Source of the DNA: a virus
Taxonomy: Duplodnaviria; Caudoviricetes
DNA length: 51,206 bases
Direction: 5' to 3' (one strand)
Virus record (IMG/VR): IMGVR_UViG_3300008222_000010
Coordinates: 1-51,206 of that record
The translations under genes were made by a program, and so were the position numbers. Positions 43,135-51,206 of this stretch are shown here, piece by piece; the first letter of the stretch is position 1, and each line of letters opens with the position of its first letter. Below the pieces are notes generated by a model. That model was not told the DNA's origin. It ran no database searches and was given only the letters and a program-made list of their open reading frames with translations.

Positions 43135-45609
43135 TTATCCTGTTACGCCAAGGCGAGCTGCTTGCTGTTGTGCGTTGTTTAGGTCGATTAATACATCATC
43201 ATCACCTACCGCCAACTTCATTATCTCGCGCACCTGATTGATTGGTATTAGTGCGCCAGAATCAAAACCTATCAACTCTATTGTCCGTGGCGCCTGTTGT
43301 ACAGTTTCCGCTGTAGACGTTGCAGATGTTGATGTTGATGCCGTTGTTGCAGACGCTACGCTTGACACCGACCCGGACGCGCTACTTATCGCCGCCAAGT
43401 TCGTTAGCCCTGTCGCTGCAATCGATGCGGCAATCGGGACAGCGGTGGCGAAATCATTAGTTGCAAACGCCAATGAGATACCGGCGGCGGTATCGATTAT
43501 CACACTTTTCTTACGGGCGCGTTTCTTTTCTTTTTCTGTTTTCGCGTTGTTAGATATCGCACTACTAAGTAGTGAGGTGCCTAAATTAACGCCAATGCCA
43601 ATCAGCTTGTTATTATTAGCTTGCTCAAGCTCGTTTCGCTTACTTGCGGCATCCGTTGCTATATCTGTAAGCTTCTGTTGGTGCTCCGCTTCGGTTGTTT
43701 GAGCTAGTAAATCGTACTCCGCCTTAATGTCCTGTTGCGCTATAAAGTCGTTTTTGGTCAACTCAAGAGCGGCGGCGCGCCTAGCTAGCTGAGCCTCAAC
43801 CTGTGCGGTGTTTCTGACTTCTTCCGCGACTATCTCGGCCGTTTTGAATCCACCGCGAATATCAGATACTTGTTGTAAATGATTAACGATTGCGTTTCGT
43901 TCGTCTTCAAATTCAGTGAATAGCGCGTCAAGCTTTGCTACTCGTTGCTTTTCTAGCGTGTCGTCTTTTACGCTTGTTCCAGCTGAAACGACTGTATCTT
44001 CTGGTGAAATTTGTGGGGCTGCCGCCTCAATGCCTCTTAACTCCTCAAGACGAGCCACTATATCAGCAATTTTAGCTTCTGTTTTTTCTAGGTTTTCCCT
44101 AGCCAAATCAGAGCCTTCGAGAAGTACATCGACCCACTTGTCGCTATTTCTAAGCTCAAGAAGCCTAGCCTGCATGGATAGCAACTGTCGTTCAAGCGAA
44201 GCTATCGAATTAACCTCGTCGACATCTTTGAATGCGTTTATAAAATCAATTATAGCGGCGGTGGCATCGGGTATGCCCTCGGCGGTAATGCGCAGTAACT
44301 CTTCGACCGCAGGAGCAAGTGACGCGCTTATCGCGGTCGATGCTTTGGTCGCAGTACTATTCATTAAGTCAAAGGTTTCAGAAACTCTAGATAGGTCTTT
44401 AACCTCAATTGAGGTCAATGATAGCTGCTGATTTAGGGCGTTAAACCCTTGCGTCAATCTAATAAGCTCCGCGCCGTTATTTGCGAACAGTGGTATTAAT
44501 TTTGTGGCATCATTACCTACCGACTCCATTGCGAAGCTCATTTTGCCAGCACTAACGCCAGCTGCCTCCATTCGGGACACCATGACACCTAGCACCTGAG
44601 CGCCGCTCATTTTCTCAAACTCTAACGCAGTTGCCGCCGCTTGTTCTTTGGTTAGCTTCATTACATCAGCGTAATCCTGAAACGTACCAGTGCCGGCTGC
44701 GGCAAATTCGGAAACCTTCTCCTGAACATCTTTCGATATATCGCTAATTCGCTCTGCGTTAATGCCATACTGCGTTGTAGCATGGGCTAACGCTGTGAAT
44801 TCATCAACAGACACACCGACAAGCCTAGCCATATTGGTAAGCTCTCGGTTATTCCTTGCACTAGCAACCGTCATTGCTGTTAGCGCCGAGCCTGCCGCCG
44901 CAACCGCCACCGCGACGCCTAACGCAACTTTAGATATCGACGCTATTGATTTTGCCACCTTCTTACTTGACGCTATCGATCTCTTTTCCTGCGCTTCCAA
45001 TGATGCGAGTTTCTTTTTGTGTTTCTCAAGTGACGCCGTTGACCTGTCATACTGAGTCTCGCTTTCGCTGACCTCCTTTGACGCTTTGTCCATTGTGTCT
45101 GTAAGTTCTTTCTGCCTCTTTGACATTAACTCTGACTGAACTGACGATTTCTTAATCGACTCCGCCAGTAACTCATGCCTGTTTAGCATTTCGTTTATTT
45201 TGGCTGTAGACTTTTCTCGCCTAGCGTCTAGACTTGCTTGTTGCTTTTCTGTGTTTGCGGTCGCTGACGATAGGTCTGCCGACTTTTCTATCGCCAACGC
45301 GAGGGCATGAGCAGACTCAACTTCTCTATTTTTTAGTTTTGCAGCTGCCTCCGCCGCTTTCTCTTGCGACTTCGCTAGCTTATCCGATTCGGCTCCTGCC
45401 TTTGATAGGGACCTCGCTGCATTAGTCATGGTTGCAGATAATTCCTTATTACTGGATTGTAACCCAGTAACCTCGCCGTCTAGATTCTTGATATCCTTTG
45501 CGGTCTTGTCCGAGTCAGAGCCTAGACCAACCATTTTTTTGCTTAATGAATCTATGCCTGTTTTTGCGCCGTTAGCACGCAATGCAACATCAATATATTT
45601 AGTTACCAT
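43135..45609 (-). CDS. tail tape measure protein
   Basis: 824 aa, Ala/Ser/Lys-rich helical, directly after the chaperones. Confidence 0.9.
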   Translation of the reverse strand: MVTKYIDVALRANGAKTGIDSLSKKMVGLGSDSDKTAKDIKNLDGEVTGLQSSNKELSATMTNAARSLSKAGAESDKLAKSQEKAAEAAAKLKNREVESAHALALAIEKSADLSSATANTEKQQASLDARREKSTAKINEMLNRHELLAESIKKSSVQSELMSKRQKELTDTMDKASKEVSESETQYDRSTASLEKHKKKLASLEAQEKRSIASSKKVAKSIASISKVALGVAVAVAAAGSALTAMTVASARNNRELTNMARLVGVSVDEFTALAHATTQYGINAERISDISKDVQEKVSEFAAAGTGTFQDYADVMKLTKEQAAATALEFEKMSGAQVLGVMVSRMEAAGVSAGKMSFAMESVGNDATKLIPLFANNGAELIRLTQGFNALNQQLSLTSIEVKDLSRVSETFDLMNSTATKASTAISASLAPAVEELLRITAEGIPDATAAIIDFINAFKDVDEVNSIASLERQLLSMQARLLELRNSDKWVDVLLEGSDLARENLEKTEAKIADIVARLEELRGIEAAAPQISPEDTVVSAGTSVKDDTLEKQRVAKLDALFTEFEDERNAIVNHLQQVSDIRGGFKTAEIVAEEVRNTAQVEAQLARRAAALELTKNDFIAQQDIKAEYDLLAQTTEAEHQQKLTDIATDAASKRNELEQANNNKLIGIGVNLGTSLLSSAISNNAKTEKEKKRARKKSVIIDTAAGISLAFATNDFATAVPIAASIAATGLTNLAAISSASGSVSSVASATTASTSTSATSTAETVQQAPRTIELIGFDSGALIPINQVREIMKLAVGDDDVLIDLNNAQQQAARLGVTG

Positions 45610-45952
45610 TTTTATTTAATTTCCGTTTTATTTCGTTGCATCGGGTTTCTATATATTCAGCATCAATTTGCTTTATGGCCTCAACAATCAAGTCGAGTGG
45701 ATAGCCAAGCGAACCATTAAAGCCAACGTAAACATGAATATCACTAACTCGAATAGGCATTGGTGCGCCATTTTCTAATCTACGCTCTTGAGATAGCTCG
45801 TTAAACATGGATAATAACTGGTATCGCCTATCTGTCATTTCTGGTTTCATTGTTTCAATCCTCGCCATATTCCCGCTAAGCCTAGCCATTTCTAGCGTAT
45901 CGTCCTCATCCCTGCCGTAACCAACTTGGGCGCGATACTTTATTTCTTTTTT
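45599..45952 (-). CDS. tail assembly chaperone, -1 frameshift extension (lambda gpT analogue)
   Basis: -1 frame is open from the slippery site (..KEIKYRAQVGYGRDEDDTLE-MARLSG..) to 45599. Confidence 0.8.
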   Translation of the reverse strand, partial: KKEIKYRAQVGYGRDEDDTLEMARLSGNMARIETMKPEMTDRRYQLLSMFNELSQERRLENGAPMPIRVSDIHVYVGFNGSLGYPLDLIVEAIKQIDAEYIETRCNEIKRKLNKNGN

Positions 45953-46341
45953 ACCTCTTCTACGTCCTCGCTCATATCATCAAATAGATAATTAGCGTAG
46001 TTTGTAGCGTGAACTAGTAGCGCCTGATTTAGAGATAGCATGTATTCAGGATTGGTAAATATCGCCAGTGCAGCACGTTTTGAGTACTCGTCTTCTGGGT
46101 CACTATCATCATTAAGCACATCCCAACCTGTTACGCCATATTCAGCCAGCCAGTGCCCCATTAATAAATCATTATCGGGTTTGCTAGTGAATCCAAAAAG
46201 AAACTTTGACAACTTCTCAATCTCAATGCGGGTTTGCTGTGTGCCTAATCTGCGTACGTACATGCACAAATCATCGCTAACGTAGAATGGTGAGCCTTTT
46301 TCTTGCTTGTCGATATCTTCTTTGTATAATTCTAAATTCAT
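45940..46341 (-). CDS. tail assembly chaperone (lambda gpG analogue)
   Basis: 133 aa between tube and tape measure; ends GTA AAA AAG AAA TAA. Confidence 0.85.
   Translation of the reverse strand: MNLELYKEDIDKQEKGSPFYVSDDLCMYVRRLGTQQTRIEIEKLSKFLFGFTSKPDNDLLMGHWLAEYGVTGWDVLNDDSDPEDEYSKRAALAIFTNPEYMLSLNQALLVHATNYANYLFDDMSEDVEEVKKK
45946..45952 (-). promoter_or_regulatory. -1 ribosomal frameshift site A_AAA_AAG
   Basis: in-frame heptamer with an SD-like GAGGA shortly upstream. Confidence 0.85.
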
Positions 46342-46346
46342 AAACT

Positions 46347-46368
46347 AAAACGGCGCAATTAAGCGCCG
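46347..46368 (-). terminator. intrinsic terminator after the tail tube gene (probably leaky)
   Basis: CGGCGC-ttaatt-GCGCCG-TTTT. Confidence 0.65.
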
Positions 46369-46387
46369 CCCTTACATCAAATTGTTG

Positions 46388-47551
46388 TTAAACCCAGTTA
46401 CGGAAAATCTGGATAGTTGCGCCAGTTGTTGCGTCACCTTCTGCCGTGTAGCTCATTTCATTTTCGACAATCTCGCCATCGGTGAATGAGTGCTCAGTAA
46501 CGACAGCGCGTGTAATCTCGATAACCATCCAGCGGTCATCAGGCCAAGTCATATGCGCCGCTAATGCAACGCGCGTGCCATTGTCTCGACGGTCAGCCCA
46601 TTGGGTAGATGAATCAGCGAATGTCTTAGCGATTAACGAACCGGACAGGCTAATTACGCCGCGTCCGAATTCCTCGGTACAACCACCCGCGCCACCTTCA
46701 TCACCAACGAAGTTATTGGCAAACTCGATACCCATTGTTGATAGGACGCAACCTATATTTTGGCCGTCCACATACAGCATCTTAGTGTTGTTGATTGCGC
46801 TAACAGAATCACTAGTATCGACTGTTGCATCAGTTTGGCCTGCTATAGCTGCCGTGCCCGCTTCTGGATTACCCATCTTAGCGCCGAATGAACCTGTTAC
46901 GATTCCCGACTTTTCAATCGAGATTGAACCAGTATCCATCAATGTATCTTTGACGGTTTTGTATGCAATGTTACCAACTTTAGAGTTATCAAGTACGCGT
47001 TGCTGGGTGGTTAACACTGTGCGCTGAGTGCCGTTAGAGCATTTTAAGCTAGACATTACGATACTTGCGCCTGCCGCTTCTGTGGCTGCCGGAGCTTGCG
47101 ATGTGGTAATCTCGGTCGCGCTATCGATAGATGCAACTTTATACGCGGTATCCAAATCAGCGTTAGTAGAACCTAAAATCCCAAACCAATCGCCAACACT
47201 TAAACCAGATACGTGACCCGCTGGCATAACATAGCCTGTTGCGGTCGCCTCAATGCCAGTTGATGCGGCTTGACCGTTATCAGTTTGAGCACCGTGAATT
47301 AGCGCCTCGAAATACTTAGCGGTTTCTTGTGACATATCGAAATCAACAGACATTGACGTTTCGCGTCTATCCTGAACCTGCTGCGGCGCATTGCCATCGG
47401 TCGGAATCTCGTTACCTGTAACATATGTTGGGGCGCTAACTAATGAGCCGCCCGTTTTGCGTATCTCAGTGAAAACAGGATTGGTATCAATCGTGCCCTC
47501 GACAGCCTGAGCTGAAATTAATAATTTTATGTCGCTGCGCTGCAAGCCCAT
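46388..47551 (-). CDS. major tail (tube) protein
   Basis: 387 aa between the tail terminator and the chaperones. Confidence 0.8.
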   Translation of the reverse strand: MGLQRSDIKLLISAQAVEGTIDTNPVFTEIRKTGGSLVSAPTYVTGNEIPTDGNAPQQVQDRRETSMSVDFDMSQETAKYFEALIHGAQTDNGQAASTGIEATATGYVMPAGHVSGLSVGDWFGILGSTNADLDTAYKVASIDSATEITTSQAPAATEAAGASIVMSSLKCSNGTQRTVLTTQQRVLDNSKVGNIAYKTVKDTLMDTGSISIEKSGIVTGSFGAKMGNPEAGTAAIAGQTDATVDTSDSVSAINNTKMLYVDGQNIGCVLSTMGIEFANNFVGDEGGAGGCTEEFGRGVISLSGSLIAKTFADSSTQWADRRDNGTRVALAAHMTWPDDRWMVIEITRAVVTEHSFTDGEIVENEMSYTAEGDATTGATIQIFRNWV

Positions 47552-47554
47552 CGT

Positions 47555-47962
47555 TTAACCCTCAAAGTAGTATTCTGTTTGTATCTGTATAGTATACCAC
47601 GCATCGTTATTGCCAGTGAAAATGACGCTCGATTCCGTGGTTCGTGTGTTGCTCATTTGCTGTTTTCGCCATGCTCGCTGTAGAAGCTCTGCATGGTCGA
47701 TTGCTGTTTTAACGCCGAAAGTGCTACCCTTAGGCGTGTTAATTTCTAGCGTTATGATGCCGAACGTTCTACGCCATCCCGCACCTGCTGCTGCATCGAT
47801 AGTGTTGTTATTGGTGATATCAACCCTAATCCAGTTGGCGTCTTTTGGTGCCTCGCGGTCATCATTTGGCAGGTATACGTCATTATCAGTATATCCCGCT
47901 GGTAAATTTGCGCTAATGTGTGCTATTAAGTCGCTGTATGTTGATACTAATGAATCAGCCAA
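47555..47962 (-). CDS. tail terminator protein
   Basis: PND...P..NWIRV...G.I.LEI.TPKG..G pattern; synteny. Confidence 0.75.
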   Translation of the reverse strand: MADSLVSTYSDLIAHISANLPAGYTDNDVYLPNDDREAPKDANWIRVDITNNNTIDAAAGAGWRRTFGIITLEINTPKGSTFGVKTAIDHAELLQRAWRKQQMSNTRTTESSVIFTGNNDAWYTIQIQTEYYFEG

Positions 47963-48344
47963 ATCTTACGTCCTCGAATTCCAATCCCGCTTTTTGTACT
48001 GCCGCTGCGATGAAGTGGCTATTCTGGTCAGACCAACCATTTTCTAATCGCTCCATGTACGGTTTTAGCGATGTAACGTACAAATCACTAAGCTCGACCG
48101 TAGCCGTACCCTTTCGGATTCGTGCGTTGTTTTCAGTTTGTGCGCCACCAGCTCTACGTGATTTTGAGCGCTCTTTACGCGGAGGTTCGTCAATGCCGAT
48201 TTGCCATGAACCGCGAGCCTCGCCCGTATCTGCTGGCGTATCTTTCAGTAAGTCGTTTGACACGCTAAACGCCATAATTCGTTGCGCTTTCTGTACGTCA
48301 TCAGTCAATTCGTCGGTAATATCAAAATCAGTTTCGTGACTCAT
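47955..48344 (-). CDS. tail completion / neck protein (HK97 gp10-like)
   Basis: TPADTGEARGSW and PYMERLENGWSDQ. Confidence 0.8.
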   Translation of the reverse strand: MSHETDFDITDELTDDVQKAQRIMAFSVSNDLLKDTPADTGEARGSWQIGIDEPPRKERSKSRRAGGAQTENNARIRKGTATVELSDLYVTSLKPYMERLENGWSDQNSHFIAAAVQKAGLEFEDVRFG

Positions 48345-48703
48345 TTATCATGCACCTGTAATGTCCATTCTGATTTCGTCTCACTTATTGCCACAGCCAC
48401 GATATTAACCTCTGTACCATTCACTGTACATGATAGAGATTTATTAATTGTGCAATTGAGAGGGTTCGCTGGAAAGCCAACGTTGTAATCAGTCAGCCCG
48501 ATACTGTCACTGGCACGCTCGTAGTTTTTAAAGTCGTACACACGAGCAACTGTAATCGTATCAGTTGCGGTAACTGCCTTAACACCAGTCATAGGATCTT
48601 CTCTGCCGTATTCAGTTAACACGATGGTGTTGATTGTTTGTCCTGAGAACACCTGAGAGTACAGCTCATTAGCTATAGACAAACACTGAGGATTAGTTAG
48701 CAT
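48341..48703 (-). CDS. head closure protein
   Basis: 120 aa; synteny between adaptor and neck. Confidence 0.65.
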   Translation of the reverse strand: MLTNPQCLSIANELYSQVFSGQTINTIVLTEYGREDPMTGVKAVTATDTITVARVYDFKNYERASDSIGLTDYNVGFPANPLNCTINKSLSCTVNGTEVNIVAVAISETKSEWTLQVHDK

Positions 48704-48705
48704 GA

Positions 48706-49233
48706 TTAACCCCTACTGAATGAGAATGCGCTATCTGAACCGCTAGCTGTAACTGATAACATATCAAGATAAATTTCAGATGTCGGAGAGCCTGCTGCTT
48801 CAGTTGCGATACCTGCCGCGCTAGATGCACTTTGGTAGTACTCAACCTTCAACGTGTCCAACTGCTGAGACTTAACGTCTCCAGTGGTTGACGCAGAAGA
48901 CGCAGCGTCAAGGTCGCCTTTGAATTTAGATACAGCCGCTTCGAGTTGGGCGCGTTTTAGTTCTTTTGGAATTTCTGTGGATGCAACAAGTACGCCACTG
49001 GCGTAGCTAGATGATTGCGGATAACGCAAGGCTTGACTGGTAGTTGTTTTTAGAATGAATGCGGTTAAAAATTGCTCAGTGTAATCGCCACCGCTGATTA
49101 ACTCAATCTCGCGAGCTGTTGCGGTTGCGCCAATTGATATTCCACGCGCCGCTGCGTATGCAACATATTCCGCATCAGTATTGTAACTGTTTGCTGTAGC
49201 GACTCCGCTACCGTCTTCGATTATAATTGCCAC
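48706..49233 (-). CDS. head-tail adaptor (DnaT-like family)
   Basis: GTG start giving MAIIIEDGSGVATANSY; QALRYP, IPKELKRAQ.E.A, LKVEY motifs. Confidence 0.8.
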   Translation of the reverse strand: MAIIIEDGSGVATANSYNTDAEYVAYAAARGISIGATATAREIELISGGDYTEQFLTAFILKTTTSQALRYPQSSSYASGVLVASTEIPKELKRAQLEAAVSKFKGDLDAASSASTTGDVKSQQLDTLKVEYYQSASSAAGIATEAAGSPTSEIYLDMLSVTASGSDSAFSFSRG

Positions 49234-49271
49234 AAAAAAGCCCAATAAAAATGTATTGGGCTATTATAGCA
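49234..49271 (-). promoter_or_regulatory. late extended -10 promoter fused to a terminator-like, RBS-sequestering hairpin
   Basis: minus strand TGCTATAAT-AGCCCAATA-catttt-TATTGGGCT-TTTTT-GTG. Confidence 0.8.
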
Positions 49272-49277
49272 TATCGG

Positions 49278-49484
49278 TTATTTTGGTGGTTCGGGTAGGT
49301 GTTGCCAGTGTGTCGCACTCAGTAATACCATCTCGTCTTCATCAAGCACGTCGAACGTTGTAGTATCGGCACTATGCAGGGGCGAAAACCACCCACTACT
49401 AACCCCCTCTACGTCACCACCGCGCACGTTAACCAGCTCGCCAGAGCACGGCAACTCATCATTAATGCTTATCCAGTTACTCAT
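49278..49484 (-). CDS. DUF551-family protein
   Basis: WISINDELP...ATHWQHLPEPP. Confidence 0.8.
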   Translation of the reverse strand: MSNWISINDELPCSGELVNVRGGDVEGVSSGWFSPLHSADTTTFDVLDEDEMVLLSATHWQHLPEPPK

Positions 49485-49912
49485 AGACTATACACCTTAA
49501 CATCACCGCCAGTATAAATATCTCTGGTCTTTGCGTACTCCACGGCCTCTTTTGCTGACTTGTCAAAATCAAGCGCCGCTAACGCGAAATCTCTACCGCT
49601 GCCAAGTGTAAAGTTATGTGTAATCAACTCTTCGCAGAATATGCCGTCATCAACAAACGAGTAATAAACCCCACCCTCGCGAATAACTAGCGCCACACAG
49701 TCGAGCGTAACATCACTATTGAATAAATCATTTTTCTTTAGCGTCATAAAATCAGGTATATCACACACGCAGCCAGCTATAACCCATACTGAGCCGTCCT
49801 TGTGCGTATGCGCCTTTATTTCGCTGTCATTAACGATAACCCCTTGGCGATTTGATTTTCTTGAGTCAACGGCAACCTCTCCGTCCTCGTAGTTATATGC
49901 AATTGTGGTCAT
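49481..49912 (-). CDS. Ntn-hydrolase, HslV/proteasome beta-like peptidase
   Basis: MTTIAY, AVDSR, GSGRDFALAA, A.EAV..A..RD.YTGG. Confidence 0.75.
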   Translation of the reverse strand: MTTIAYNYEDGEVAVDSRKSNRQGVIVNDSEIKAHTHKDGSVWVIAGCVCDIPDFMTLKKNDLFNSDVTLDCVALVIREGGVYYSFVDDGIFCEELITHNFTLGSGRDFALAALDFDKSAKEAVEYAKTRDIYTGGDVKVYSL

Positions 49913-50013
49913 ACGATAATCCCCGCGACAAGATTTACAACCAAGATTAAATTAACCGCTAGTGATACCACTAGGCATCCGTATATGTATCGCATTTGCT
50001 CTGCTGTAGTCAT
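49909..50013 (-). CDS. small membrane peptide (34 aa, not in the ORF track)
   Basis: AGGAG RBS; MTTAEQMRYIYGCLVVSLAVNLILVVNLVAGIIV; ATGA coupling. Confidence 0.55.
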   Translation of the reverse strand: MTTAEQMRYIYGCLVVSLAVNLILVVNLVAGIIV

Positions 50014-50024
50014 TTGTTTATCTC

Positions 50025-50393
50025 CTATTTAACCAAGTCGGCGGCGTATTCAATTAAGTAAAGCTTTGGTGCAATCCAGATTTGAAGTATTATCATTAGC
50101 TTTGATATTGCAACAAGTGTAAACGCCACCATGACAACAAACGAGGACAGACCTATACCAATCAACTCATCATCACTTTTGAGCGCCACCACAAGTAACC
50201 ACGCCGCTAATGATGCGATAATAGAAAAGACTACGAAGTAAATGCCAGCCTTAATGCTATGCCACATTAAAAGTTGATGCACGATATCCGGCACCTCGCC
50301 AGCGACAAAGTCAATCGCACCGCTTGCTGTATCTGTCGCTTTATTAATTAGTGAGATTACCGCTTCGTTTAGTTTATCTGTTGAATCAGACAT
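50025..50393 (-). CDS. membrane protein
   Basis: DF...EVPDIV.QLL.W and IWIAPKLYLIEYAA motifs; two TM segments. Confidence 0.7.
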   Translation of the reverse strand: MSDSTDKLNEAVISLINKATDTASGAIDFVAGEVPDIVHQLLMWHSIKAGIYFVVFSIIASLAAWLLVVALKSDDELIGIGLSSFVVMVAFTLVAISKLMIILQIWIAPKLYLIEYAADLVK

Positions 50394-50416
50394 TTTTATT
50401 TCCCTTTAGTAAGTAG

Positions 50417-50452
50417 AAAACCCACAATACGTTAATATTGTGGGTCTGTCAA
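50417..50452 (-). promoter_or_regulatory. sigma70 promoter embedded in a terminator-like hairpin
   Basis: TTGACA-17-TATTGT; GACCCACAATA/TATTGTGGGTT plus TT. Confidence 0.75.
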
Positions 50453-50474
50453 CGGTTTATTAAAGTTATTTAGC

Positions 50475-50999
50475 TTACGGGTATCTAGCCCACTTTTCCA
50501 CCCTTAATGATGCGCATGGTGCTGCGTTTATTAGTGGATTTGTTGGCTCAGACCTTATTAACCCACCCGAATCAGACCCAGCCTCATCCCTAATCATTTT
50601 GTATTTTATTACAGTGCCAGAAGGGAGGTATAGCCACGAATCATTCTCGAATGACCTAACATCATTCGCGTTAACAACTCTATCGAACACGCTCCTCCCA
50701 GCCTGCACGCCATTTACTTCTGCGAATGCATACAGATGAGCGGTTCCAGCAGATCCTGAGCGCCCAAATTCGTAAGATATCTTTATTCTGTACGTACCAC
50801 TGGTCACTATGGTTAGCTCACCAGCGGCGGACAGGGATACAAAATCATTGGACTCTGCCGCGCCAAAGGTTATGCTTAGCGCGTTACTTATGCCTTGACC
50901 GCTGGGGTTTTGCTCAGCTAGCGGCGACTCCGAATCTATAACGCGCTCAATATTAACATCCGTTTCAGGGTTTGTTATATTATTTAATGGTGTGTACAT
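50475..50999 (-). CDS. virion protein, C1q/TNF-like beta-sandwich candidate
   Basis: 174 aa; G.LTI..SGTYRI.....F pattern; lies in the head region. Confidence 0.55.
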   Translation of the reverse strand: MYTPLNNITNPETDVNIERVIDSESPLAEQNPSGQGISNALSITFGAAESNDFVSLSAAGELTIVTSGTYRIKISYEFGRSGSAGTAHLYAFAEVNGVQAGRSVFDRVVNANDVRSFENDSWLYLPSGTVIKYKMIRDEAGSDSGGLIRSEPTNPLINAAPCASLRVEKWARYP

Positions 51000-51001
51000 A
51001 G

Positions 51002-51205
51002 CTAACCCATTATCGCAATAAACGAGATTGTTATTTTTAAATCCGCACTATTCTCAGAATGTCTAGAGAATTCTATAGCATTAACACCAGCTCGCTCTAC
51101 ATCTACCGCTCTAGAGAACGCATCTGTTAATGTCGATTCAGATGTATACGTAACGTTACACACATCAATAGCCCCCAACACTGAAAACTCCGTACTTGAA
51201 TCCGT
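51002..51205 (-). CDS. 3' end of a CDS cut by the window edge
   Basis: open frame TDSSTEFSVLGAIDVC...ISFIAIMG* ending 2 nt before the ATG of 50475..50999. Confidence 0.6.
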   Translation of the reverse strand, partial: TDSSTEFSVLGAIDVCNVTYTSESTLTDAFSRAVDVERAGVNAIEFSRHSENSADLKITISFIAIMG

Positions 51206-51206
51206 A

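Noticed and set aside
1-51206. Prophage or temperate lifestyle; terminal repeats
   Set aside because: No integrase, CI-like repressor with peptidase domain, partition genes or host genes were recognised, and the two ends share no visible repeat.

Overview
The window is a near-complete, probably lytic siphovirus genome of a gammaproteobacterial host. No integrase, CI-type repressor, tRNA, CRISPR array, DNA methyltransferase or family A/B DNA polymerase was recognised. Virion genes are on the minus strand and split across the contig ends: TerS-TerL-holin, MuF-like head protein, portal, scaffold, capsid, then head-completion, tail tube, frameshifted chaperones, tape measure, tail tip and fibre. 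They are interleaved with small cassettes that have their own TTGAC-type sigma70 promoters. A ~12 kb minus-strand early region of small genes starts with an AcrIF9-like anti-CRISPR next to an iteron/AT-rich origin. A primase-polymerase, Sak4-like ATPase, SSB, SF2 helicase, VRR-NUC and Gp157 form the replication module, followed by T5 A1-like nuclease, kinase and DUF5675 genes. The four most striking signals are: (1) a repeated late-gene switch in which an extended -10 promoter (TGnTAyAAT) overlaps one arm of an RBS-sequestering hairpin; (2) five tandem MetJ boxes, two perfect, at 21534-21573; (3) a promoter-driven ~630 nt ORF-free, highly structured RNA locus at 33.35-33.98 kb; (4) an acrIF9 homologue without an aca gene, followed by an unannotated acidic Rmf-fold protein. 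Family assignments come from recalled motifs, not database searches.
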